In this document: one piece after another, positions 1-10,248 of the stretch
Position numbering within the stretch: position 1 is the stretch's first letter
How the letters are laid out: the number at the start of each line of letters is the position of its first letter
Source: Saccostrea echinata
Taxonomy: Eukaryota
Assembly (NCBI RefSeq): GCF_033153115.1
Contig: NW_026889753.1
Coordinates: 4,402,001-4,466,000 of the forward strand
Direction of reading: 5' to 3'
DNA: 64,000 nt
Translations under genes and position numbers: made by a program
Notes under the pieces: generated by a model
Database searches by the model: none
Seen by the model: the letters and a program-made list of their open reading frames with translations, nothing else
Told to the model about the DNA's origin: nothing

Positions 1-877
1 TTCTCCGTAGATGGAATAGCAAAACCAGTCACGACTATTCGTCCGTCCTTAAAGGGAGGTAAACAAATTGGTCTACAACCTTTACAGGCGGCAAAAATAG
101 ATATTCGATTTTTCATTTCCAGAACTAAAGGGTCACCTGGATTGACAAACAATGTGCGCCCAGTAGGCGTCCTTATAATATCAGCTATATTGCACGAAAA
201 CATGGTCCGGTTTGTTTCGGTACCATCTTCTCTATATTCTATAATTTCAGGTCCAGTGTCTAACACAACAAGAATTTTATCGTTTTCAGTTGGAAACATT
301 GTGAATATTGGCGGATGTCTGTCTTCTTCTGAGCTATTGGCCATTTAATTTGTCCTAAAAGCAGATACAAGTTTTGCATTAAACTGCGTCCTAATTGCTT
401 GACCGGAAAATAGGAGATGAAAGGGAACACTCGCTTCGTCTGTTAGATCTCTATCGTCCAAATCTATTGTGTCATCTTTATCTGATTCGGAATCGGTACA
501 GTGTTTGAACTTTCTCCGGCTAACTTTAGTGCTAGGGTATGGGATTTCCTACAAGATGGACAATGTTTTTCTGAGCAATGGGAGCATGTCTTTAGAATAG
601 CCTCTTCATAGCATACACTACAGCACAGCATTTCTGGTTGGTCGGGTGGACGAAGGTGAACGAAATAATTGTCAAGTAAACCATCCAAACCCTTCTCCTC
701 AAGCGTATGTGTCTGGCGGCAGACAGGGCATTTTATTTCATCAAAATCGTTCGTTTTCTTCTGGTATCCCTTTAGGCAGGCTTTGCAGAAGGTGTGGCGA
801 CATGGCAAAATTTTAGGTTGGGAAAAGTCGTCCCAGCATATGGCACATACATTTTCTTCTTCAGACGTCTCAGACAT
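1..877 (-). pseudogene. TRIM-like RING/B-box/NHL-type E3 ligase gene, disrupted (frameshift plus premature stop); 3' end runs off the window
   Basis: 877-464 encodes a C3HC4 RING (CAIC..CRHTFCKAC..CPVC) and a B-box-like Cys/His cluster. Near 500 a shifted frame continues (TDSESDKDDTIDLDDRDLTDEASVPF, cf. SDSNDEPIPF in the neighbour), hits TAA at 347-345, then stays open to position 1 (..CKGCRPICLPPFKDGRIVVTG, cf. KDCDPLKMCSIQQDRILVLG). Confidence 0.75.
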
Positions 878-896
878 CTTTCCATTACTTGTTCAC

Positions 897-1373
897 CTGT
901 TAAAATAAAGCTAAAGAAATGTCATCAATGAAATGAATTCGATATATTTATTTCCTTGTATCTAATACGTAAAAGCATATATTCAAAGTTGTCAATTTCA
1001 TCCACTTAATACAAAACGAAAGTAGAAAACTATGTTGACGAATGTTGCGTTCTTGTTCAAGTATCAACAAATAAAAATGAAATGTTTTAATTTACCTTGA
1101 TGTAGTAATTAACGACCTAATTAGCTAGTTCCTAGCTAGCCGGTGGCTACCGAAAAGTTCTTGTGAGTAGTCAGGGATTTTCATAATATAAATAAGTAAG
1201 TAAATAAGCTATTTAAACCTCGTTGATCCTCAATTACGATACTTTTATCAATTAAAAGGAAATCCCCAATGTCAAACCGAAAGTCAGTAGTACTGTATTC
1301 ATGATATTCATGATATTTATAAATTTATAACTTGCCAAAATCTTCTAATAATTTTCATTTATGTCGTGAACAG
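897..1373. promoter_or_regulatory. Compact bidirectional promoter region with putative 5'UTR introns for both TRIM-like genes
   Basis: Minus strand: donor AG|GTAAA at 1095 and acceptor ttttaacAG at 897, 20 nt before the ATG. Plus strand: donor GTGAGT at 1163 (or GTAAGT at 1196) and acceptor cAG at 1373, just before ATG 1378. Confidence 0.4.
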
Positions 1374-1377
1374 GACA

Positions 1378-2871
1378 ATGGAGATATCGATAGACGATGC
1401 TCGAAAATGTTCTATTTGTCTGGACAGTTTTAGATGTCCAAAGATGCTGCCATGTAAACACACATTTTGTAAGCGGTGCATCTCAGGTTACCAAAGAAAG
1501 TATAAGTCAGATGACGAATTCCAGTGCCCACTTTGTAGAACCGTATTGGTGTTACCGGAAAACGGTGTTGCGGGATTCTGGGATAATTATTTTATCCGGG
1601 ACATATTCCCTGAACGTGTCTGTGAAGTCTGCAATGCAGAGGAAGATGACGTAGATGATTGTGACTATTGTGACAAGTATCTATGCTCCTTCTGTGCACC
1701 TGAACATGTATGCAAAAGACCACGAAAAGAAATTAAGAGACAAAGGGAGGACCCATCATTCCGTTCTTACTTGGATTCTAATTCTGACTGGGATTCTTCC
1801 AGTGTTTCTGAGAGTAATTCTTTATCTAGTGATAGTAACGATGAACCAATTCCCTTTGAATTGCGTAAACATGGACCAACAACTATCGTGAAGACTGTTT
1901 CCATGGAGATTTGTATCCAGATATCTGAAGAAGAATGTATATCCTCTATATTTCAAGTATCAGAAGACGTATCGGCATTTCTAACATTTGGCGGTTTTAT
2001 TTGTCGCTTTTTTGACACGCGTGATGGTTTAACCTTGAGTGAAATTTCGATTGTTGATGGGGCTACAGATGTTTGTGGTTCAGGGGATGGCACAATTTTT
2101 TCATTACTTCGAAATTGTTCCTTGGTTATGAAAACGACGGGTAATGGTGCCGATGTGTCCGTGATTTCTATTAAGGATTGCGATCCTCTGAAAATGTGTT
2201 CAATTCAGCAGGATCGAATTCTTGTTTTGGGGATGGGAAACCGATCAACTATTGTTGGGCAAATTTTAGACAATGGAGGCAAAGAACTCGACAAGTTTAA
2301 CTTAAATGTGGAATTCTATCCTCACTCTCTTGCTGTTAACGATAGCTGTTCTGTTATGTGTATACTGTACGCAGAAATAAATTTTGTAGATATCAGGGGC
2401 ATGGATGGACATTTAATCAAGAGATATTCTGGATGCACTTTAGAGCAAATTGAAGAAGAATTCAAGCCACTTTCAGTTACATCTTTCGCAGATGACAGTT
2501 TTCTTGTGTTGAACGGGTCGACTAAATCTTTACACATTATTTCACCAACAGGTGATTTCATGGGACTGGTCATTTGTGAAAACTGTGATAAACCGTGCAG
2601 TATTTATCGAGACAATGCCAATAAGATATGGATAGGGGACAGTGAAGATGGTACCCTGAAAGCCTTTGCCGTGGATACTTACTGTAATGTGTTTCCTGGC
2701 CCGGAAAATAATATAGAAAGATTGAAACTAAGAAAAGATAGGTATCAGAGGCCATCTTACTTACATCGAACCCCCTCTTTATTACGCTTTAGGCGTCGAC
2801 ACGAACCATTCCTGGGATTTTCTCGGAGATCAGGAGATTCGTCTGAGGGAGAGGAATTTCCTTTTATATAA
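1378..2871 (+). CDS. TRIM-like E3 ubiquitin ligase (RING + B-box + Ser/Asp linker + NHL-like beta-propeller), single coding exon
   Basis: ~497-aa ORF from the first ATG at 1378 (the track start at 1366 is GTG). RING CSIC..CKHTFCKRC..CPLC; B-box CEVC..CDYCDKYLCSFC..H; NHL-like repeats (FYPHSLAVN, FKPLSVT, KPCSIYRDNANKIWIGD); AATAAA near 3090. Confidence 0.85.
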   Translation: MEISIDDARKCSICLDSFRCPKMLPCKHTFCKRCISGYQRKYKSDDEFQCPLCRTVLVLPENGVAGFWDNYFIRDIFPERVCEVCNAEEDDVDDCDYCDKYLCSFCAPEHVCKRPRKEIKRQREDPSFRSYLDSNSDWDSSSVSESNSLSSDSNDEPIPFELRKHGPTTIVKTVSMEICIQISEEECISSIFQVSEDVSAFLTFGGFICRFFDTRDGLTLSEISIVDGATDVCGSGDGTIFSLLRNCSLVMKTTGNGADVSVISIKDCDPLKMCSIQQDRILVLGMGNRSTIVGQILDNGGKELDKFNLNVEFYPHSLAVNDSCSVMCILYAEINFVDIRGMDGHLIKRYSGCTLEQIEEEFKPLSVTSFADDSFLVLNGSTKSLHIISPTGDFMGLVICENCDKPCSIYRDNANKIWIGDSEDGTLKAFAVDTYCNVFPGPENNIERLKLRKDRYQRPSYLHRTPSLLRFRRRHEPFLGFSRRSGDSSEGEEFPFI

Positions 2872-3554
2872 GATTGTCTTACTAGTATATGACATTCTTT
2901 TCTCTTTCGTAAAACTCTTGGAAGTCATTTATAGCGTTTGTGTGTAAAGACATGAACCAAAATTTGAAGTGTTAAATTGCGCCATTATTTCATCTTCTTA
3001 ACAGTATAGTTTTTTAAGTACAAGTATTCCTAGACTGCATTTATGTACGTTCTCTGACAGATGCATATTGTACGTAATTGCTTAAAAGCAATAAAATACA
3101 TTATAACATACTAAGAACTCGAGAGCTTCTCGGAATTCAGAGCTGGCATTCAACATAATTACCCGGTATAATGTTTTACAATGTAGAAATAATTTCTGAA
3201 ATAACATACATGGTAACATACTTTATTGCTAAGTAAAAATGATTTTATTACACAATAGATATCATGACTTTATATAGCTAATAAATACTGTTCACATCGT
3301 TTTATGCCATCTCTCGTAGTATAATCTTGGAAAGTTCTTTTTTTTCGAACAGCAAGTACCATTGACGGAAACCATGGATTTTGCGTCCATCCTGTTTGGA
3401 CACAAAATTCCGTGGCTTGCGCCGATGAGTAGGTAGAAGAAGCATCTCTTTGGGTATATCATCAATAGTTGTGTCGCCACCAGGAATTGTAACAAGCAGC
3501 AAAAGAAAGAGGAATCGAAAACGTACACAAAAAATAATGTTTACTGAATAGAAA

Positions 3555-4226
3555 TGTGGTAGTATACGATGCACGGCATCCTACTAGCTTGGACTAGTGG
3601 GTTAACCCTTTAGCTCAATTGGTATAGCACTGGACTGGCAAGCTAGATCCCCGGGTTCAATCCCAAGCGAAGGTACTTATATGTCTCTGTTACATTTGGC
3701 GCCCACGTTGAAAACCGGATATTCTCTGGCGGGTGAAAGTGATTGCCCACAGAACTTCGCCCCACAGGCGTCGGCACTCCAAAAGAGATGAGGACATCTC
3801 TTTCTCTGGAGGGGGATAATGTGGTAGTGTAAGATGCACGGTATCCTACTAGCTTGGGCTAGTGGGTTAACCCTTTAGCTCAATTGGTATAGCACTGGAC
3901 TGGCAAGCTAGATCCCCGGGTTCAATCCCAAGCGAAGGTACTTATATGTCCCTGTTACATTTGGCGCCCACGTTGAAAACCGGATATTCTCTGGCGGGTG
4001 AAAGTGATTGCCCACAGAACTTCGCCCCACAGGCGTCGGCACTCCAAAAGAGATGAGGACATCTCTTTCTCTGGAGGGGGATAATGTGGTAGTGTAAGAT
4101 GCACGGTATCCTACTAGCTTGGGCTAGTGGGTTAACCCTTTAGTCAATTGGTACAGCACTGGACTGGCAAGCCAGAGGCCCCGGGTTCATTGCCAAGCGG
4201 AGGCACTTATATGTGTCTCTGTTACA
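3555..4226 (+). mobile_element. Tandem non-autonomous LTR retrotransposon in miniature with tRNA-derived LTRs (Helenus/TRIMp3-type): LTR-int-LTR-int-LTR
   Basis: LTRs at 3555-3694, 3820-3959 and 4085-4226, all TGT..ACA. Identical 125-bp internal domains at 3695-3819 and 3960-4084 start with PBS TGGCGCCCA and end in PPT GGAGGGGGA. 4-bp TSD GAAA at 3551-3554 and 4227-4230. No ORF. Confidence 0.93.
3604..3674 (+). promoter_or_regulatory. tRNA-derived Pol III internal promoter inside the LTR (repeated at ~3869-3939 and, degenerate, at ~4134-4204)
   Basis: A box TAGCTCAATTGG at 3611-3622; anticodon-like arm CTGGA-CTGGCAA-GCTAG; B box GGTTCAATCC at 3654-3663 at tRNA spacing. Acceptor and T stems pair poorly, so this is not a functional tRNA. 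Confidence 0.8.
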
Positions 4227-5771
4227 GAAATAGGTACACTACCATAAATAACCGTGTCCTATTTCATATTTTTAAATAAATATCAGTAAACGACTCAGTA
4301 GTACAACTCCCAAAGCTCAAGCTGGCACGACCTTATACCCTGTGTTACATTCCAAAAAAAAGATAATAGGTGCCTTGCATTATGATTTTAGTGTTGGGGT
4401 TTCCATCTAGCTTGATCTGCGTTAAGTTCTTTATGTCCAGTTGGTAAAGCGTCAATTCACATCTTATTCAACAAAAAGGTTTTTTTTTCAGTTTACGTGA
4501 TGTTTTTTATTGATTTTATTTTTAATGTCAGTTTCAAAATAAATCACCATACTTAATTGAATACATCATATTTGACAGGCTTTCATATGCAGGTAAGAAT
4601 ATGCCGATTTTTCACTCATGTAAAACCATTTACTTGCTTCTTGGTTAAGATTTAGAAATAAAAAAATGATGTGACAGCAACATTTATTTCATTCATCATT
4701 ATTTAATTGAATTTAAAGAAGAAGAAAAACGCAAAGAAAAAAAGCGACAAAACGATTTTTTTTTAGTAATAAAGATATTTAATCAACTAGTGTCAATATC
4801 CTTTGAGGAAAATGGGTTCGGCTCTTCTTTGTGTGTTGTTCCAAGTGCATGTAATATTATTTCATCCGGGGTAACTTCATTCAAATGGAGTTCATTGTTT
4901 TAAGGAGAACAAACTATTTTTCTTTCAATCAAATTTTCCTCCTTGAACGTTTAAACTTGTTGATTTCCTTCATTTTTCTATTGCTTATATGAAAATGGCT
5001 GCATACCACTCCGTATCAATGCGCCACCACCCAACTGAAATTTTTCAGTTTAAATTACTGAAAATAGTAGCTACATTCAAAACTGACACATTAATACATT
5101 ACAGTTTAAGTATTTAAATCCTCTGATATAATTATAACAGAATTATACGCTTCCCGTTTGAATGGTTCTTATGGATATTTTCTTTTCATTGAAAATGTGA
5201 TATTTTTATAATATGTACAAAGTGTAATAGTTGCTGCACACATAATAACCCAGTTCAAGTCATGTCTTTATTTTCATACCATGTGAGATGAAACAGGAAA
5301 TGATAATTTTAACTAGGAACTAACAATGTAGAAGTGTTCCATTCTATTATAACTTACTAAACGAAATAATAAAGTTTTTTGTGGTCTCAGTGTCACTGTC
5401 AATCTACATAGAGATAAAATGAATATAGTCTAATCGAATTAAACACGAAATTTAAAGTACATTTTATATTTTTTCCAAGTAGCACCTGTGAAAAAGTTGA
5501 TGATCAATTACATATAAAATACCTAGATTCATTATATAATTATGTAAATTAAACCAAATCAATAAAAAAACAAACAAACAAAAATGTTTTTGAATTCTTT
5601 ATTTTGTTATTTGTCCCCATGGCTTAAAATATTAATCTTTGCATTTCCTTTTTCTCAGTCTGTAATTCGAGTGGTTTTAAACCAGCATGAAGTAGGATAG
5701 TATCACAGTAATATGCATATGATTTTAAATAAATAATACATGTAAACAAAACCAGGTTTGATTTGATTCGG

Positions 5772-7814
5772 TCACAAATTTTTCTCAACTTCTTCAGTTG
5801 TTTTATCTATTGTTTCTTGCATCATCTTCCTCACTTTGTGTACAAAGTCATTGAGGTCATTTAAGGTTAAACCTTTTGTAGGAATGGGCGGAAGACACGT
5901 CACAATAACAGTACCTGTTGATGAAAATGACGTCACAATGAGCAACAACAAAAAAACGAGTAAAAAATTTTAATTTGCAAATAAATACAATCTGATTAAA
6001 AACAGATTGCAAATAAAAACTAGATAATTACGTACCTTGTTTAAATATTTTCTTCTTTTTATCATAAAAATGGCGATAGCTAGAAGTAACCACAGGAAGT
6101 ATCGGGATCTGGAAAGGAATTAAATCAGTGTAACTGAAGTCCAAAAAGTACACAGCAAAAATATGAAATTCACGAACAGAATATGCAGAGCCATTCGAGT
6201 CTCTATTGTTTTTGGTATCTGGTTAGTGGTATTACCTGCGCTTGAATTGCCATCACAAATGCACCCTTCTTGAATGGCAACATTTCTTTCCCCATGTGAC
6301 GAGTTCCCTCGGGGTAAAACTGAGGTTTTAACTGTACATAAAGAAATTTGGGTTTCATTTCTCCATGAATGATACTGTATACAGTATTTTAAAGATATTT
6401 CTGACTTCGAACATTGATTTACGACGTACCTTAAAGAGCTTGAACGTTATACCTTACAGAGGCGAATTGTGAAAAAAAAAAATCAAAGAAAGAACTGTTC
6501 TAAAAGAGAAGTAATTTTGGTTCTTATTTATGAATTAATTTCACCCAATCTAATTAAAATTAGATGTTCCGAGAAGCGGTACGGATTCGGAAAATCTAAT
6601 TTTAATTAGATTGAATTTCACCGTATGAACCAATGAACTAAGAGGTTTTAATGTGTCTATATCTATAAACAATTTTATTATTCATATTACTAGTATACCT
6701 TTTCTTTGACAATTCTATCCAGAGCGCTATTGAGAGACTTTTTAGCACTCTCCGGGTTGCTCCTGTCTACAAATATAGCACCAGTACAGTAGAAAGCGAT
6801 ACCAAGAAGACCTGAGGCATAGAGGAGGGATTTCTTCAATATAACAATGGAGCCCTTATAATTCCCAAGCTGGACCATGACTGAAAAACAGACATCACAG
6901 AAAATGAAGAAAAAGTACATTGAGTATTTCTGGAATTAAAAGAAGAAAAGACAAACCAATTTTATAAATCGAAAATATTATTAATAAGTTAATATTCAGT
7001 TGAACTGTATTTACTTACAATTTCCGTCAAGAGAGCTCTGATGGTTAGAAATGATGATACAGGCGAAGTCATCATCGACATACTTCTGACCCCTAACTAT
7101 GTACTTAGTCCCAATCAGGTACTTATTGGCTAGTTTTACACCAATGCTGAAAAACCTGAAAAACAGAAAATAGTAACGTCAACAGCATATATCTCTCTCC
7201 TTCAGACATACATGTAGAAATCGTATACTTATTCGAAAACTACCCTTGTTCCATACTTTTAAGTTTCCGGGATTGTCCATTAATTGTTCTTTTTTATTTG
7301 TTGAATGGTGCTCTTGAAAATAATTACCGGTATTTATATCCGCGATGTATCTTTAATATTTGTTCTATGTTGATCTCAAGAGGGTAGGTAAACGGAAATT
7401 GTGTAAATGATCCTTGGCAGTTTGTAATTTACACATGCTAGTTAACAAATGGACTTTGGAATCATGTTATGTACGAGTGATATCGTTAAAAACATAATAA
7501 AAAACAAAAATAAACGAGATAAAAAAAAAAAAAAAAAAACAAGAATAAACAAGATGACAAAGTGACAGAAATAAGATTTAAAACATAATGCTAGAAAATA
7601 ATATATACATGTACCTTCTATTTGATGGTATGCGTCCATAAAATAGCGATGAAATGATAGGAAATATTGAAAACACCTGCCAACTTAGATTTGCAATCAA
7701 ATGTTTTGTATAAAATTGAACTTGATCATAAAATATCCATGTCACTATTCCAACGAGTAACGTAGCTATTATCACTGAATATGAAATCCCAAGTATCCCT
7801 TCACTTTCCATCAC
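5772..7814 (-). CDS. AGPAT1: 1-acyl-sn-glycerol-3-phosphate acyltransferase (AGPAT1/2-like LPAAT), 6 exons, 276 aa
   Basis: GT-AG exons 7814-7615, 7155-7019, 6880-6699, 6331-6236, 6108-6036 and 5914-5772 join in frame (831 nt). Motifs NHQSSLD, FVDR, YPEGTR, PFKKGAF, IPILPV. The symbol denotes the AGPAT1/AGPAT2 family, not a resolved orthologue. Confidence 0.92.
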
Positions 7815-8623
7815 TTTTGGTTACCTCTCAAAAACATCACAGATCGACTCCACGTGGAATGTTTATTTTCCTTTTTAAATATAAAACTACTCGGCAAAGA
7901 AAGAATTAGTCACAGTTAAGATTAGCAGGGTACAATGTCCAAGGTATATAGTTCCTTCCACCGCGGGTTAATAAATAACGACACTTCCATTCGAAAAAAG
8001 GAGGAAGTGTTGGTTTTTTTGTGTGCGTGTATTGCCTACGGGGTATATGTATATCTAACTACAAATATACATATACATGTATTGTACATATAGATCTATG
8101 TGATAATATGTAGTCTGCCATGCTGTGAGCTTCTATTAGTATTTACTCAGTACAAACCTTTGTAATATGCGTGAGGCGTTGACCTCACATATATCTTATC
8201 AACATTTAAAATCTGAGATAAAATGTCAAGTTTGTCTAAATAGGTCAAATTTTCTGCAAAGAGTCTTATTTGTGTCAAGAGTCCGAGTTACTTACATGAT
8301 ATGAATACACTGCAATTCATCATGTTCAATATACCAAATATTTCATTAAATCGATTCATTTCAGGGACATAACTTAATGTTCATAAACCAGGGACCTATA
8401 TACTAGTATATAGATCCCTGATTAAACATATGTACATTCCTTCAATCATAATATATATACTTAGATATTATGAACATATTTAATATGTTAATACATCCAT
8501 AAGAAGGAAATAGGAAATACGAAAAATACTTCCTTATTTACTTCCGATTAATCATTAATTAACTTCCGTAAATATAACTCGGGATCGGCATTCCGAATAT
8601 TAGATTGCACGTGACCCGGGAAA
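7815..8623. promoter_or_regulatory. Divergent AGPAT/DPP7 intergenic region, probable bidirectional promoter (duplicated at 13369-14177)
   Basis: 809 bp between opposed ATGs. E-box TCCACGTGGA at 7849-7858, ETS-type ACTTCCG at 8540 and 8562, CLEAR-like GCACGTGAC at 8607-8615. Confidence 0.55.
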
Positions 8624-8798
8624 ATGAATTGGTACGAGCTTTCATTAGTTTCAAAACTGTTTGCGATTCTTCAATATTTCTCATTCATTTGTGGACATTC
8701 CGTTCCTTATAAGGAGTTGTTTGTAGATCAGCATGTAGATCATTTCAACTTTGTGTCATTCGGGCAGCACACCTTTAAAGAAAGATATTTAGTTCAAG
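8624..8798 (+). CDS. DPP7: DPP7 coding exon 1, upstream duplicate copy
   Basis: Signal-peptide-like start then YKELFVDQHVDHFNF..TFKERYLVQ (S28 family N-terminus); donor AG|GTTTGT; identical to 14178-14352. Confidence 0.8.
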
Positions 8799-10248
8799 GT
8801 TTGTATTGTGATTCTGATGACTGTGGTAACTAGAGAATGTATTAATGTTTTCTTTTTTTACCGTTGAAAATGTAATACAATTTGAATTTTTATAATCTAA
8901 TCTGTTTAAAAAATGAAACGTGAATTTTAGTCACATAAAAGAGGGCATTTGTACATCATATACAGATTTGACAGCATGATTAAACAAGTTGCCTGTCAAA
9001 CCGCTATCAGTAAGTGACATATAATATCTAGTATTAATTCACCTAAGAAAGGAAATTAAGATTGTTAAAACGTCTCAAATAATATCTTAGTAATACTTAT
9101 GTTAGGCCAAAAAGAAAAGATTGTAAATGGTATGCCTGCTGGGGCAAGCACAATTGTGTATTTATCAGGTCCAGTCAAAAGACTATTTCTACCTATGTAG
9201 ATATTAATAGCTACCGGTACTTTTACCTACTTTTTGCTTTATTTGCGTTTCGTGGCCAAACACTGGAACGACGCAATATGGCAAGTACCAAATACAGTCA
9301 CTCGAGACAAATCCTAATCACAGTTAGAATACGTCCCATTATATCGATAGTTTCTAAAAAATAACCCATATAAAGACAAATATTCAACTCATTTTCTCTT
9401 GGGTTTTTTTTTCTTGCTTGGAATTTAAATTGGTTTTGACATTAGGAACTCTCTAGATTATTCATAGTAGTGTAGATTAGAGTTATCTGCCCCTGTTTAT
9501 TTTGCTGCATTGCCAGAAAGTAACTCAGTAAAGTCTCTTTGAGCTTACGATAAAAAAACAAAGTTATGGGTATAACGAAAACTCCAAAAAGCAATGGATT
9601 TTTAACGCAGAAATTAATTGGTCATACGGGCCAGTAATATAGCGAATTGCATTGGACATTTCAATTTTCTATTGATTTTGCCAGTAGGACCAATGGTTTT
9701 TGGAAACTCTGTATTACATACTGGTACCATAGCTTACGCTTTTAACTTCGATCAACCTCTTCAGTCTAACTGCACAAGACTATGTCACATGACGTCGTAT
9801 ATGTTATTTGCATATATAACAAGTCTAGAAAGTGCTAATTGTTAACAAAGAGCATTTATTCTACAATCTATATGTATATGCGATTTCCATTTAAATACTT
9901 TTATTTGGTTATCACAAGAATGCAACTGAATGTGGTGCAGGTTTTGTCTTAAGAGCTTGCAGTGTGAACATGCAGTGCTTTGTCCTAATATTTGTGAGTA
10001 AGAGAAGGTCATTGCAACTGCCAGTGTGGAATTTTGTGGTTTATTCAGCTATGGTTTTGGAAGGCACAATTTTTTATAGCCCATTAATGGAGAATTTAAA
10101 AAATATTATTTCTGGCTGAGCTCTGCAAAACTTAGACAAGCCCACTTCTTGATCTCAATTCAACTTTTACAAAGGAATTAATAGTGAAAAAGTGAGATCA
10201 TATTATATATCATGTTATATACAGATTCCGCTATTTTAGTTAATCATT

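Noticed and set aside
3604-3674. Three tandem tRNA-Ala(GGC) genes
   Set aside because: Acceptor and T stems pair poorly, GGC is not a usual eukaryotic Ala anticodon, there is no T-run terminator, and the modules sit inside TG..CA LTRs with PBS, PPT and TSD.
3555-3819. Self-cleaving ribozyme (retrozyme-type hammerhead or twister) in the LTR element
   Set aside because: No CTGANGA..GAAA core found. The twister-like words (CCCAAGC, GGAGGG) are far apart and are explained by the tRNA module and the PPT. An Infernal/Rfam scan would settle it.
4790-5035. Possible extra minus-strand exon downstream of AGPAT
   Set aside because: All three frames after the acceptor-like site stop early and no homology is recognisable; AGPAT already terminates at 5772.
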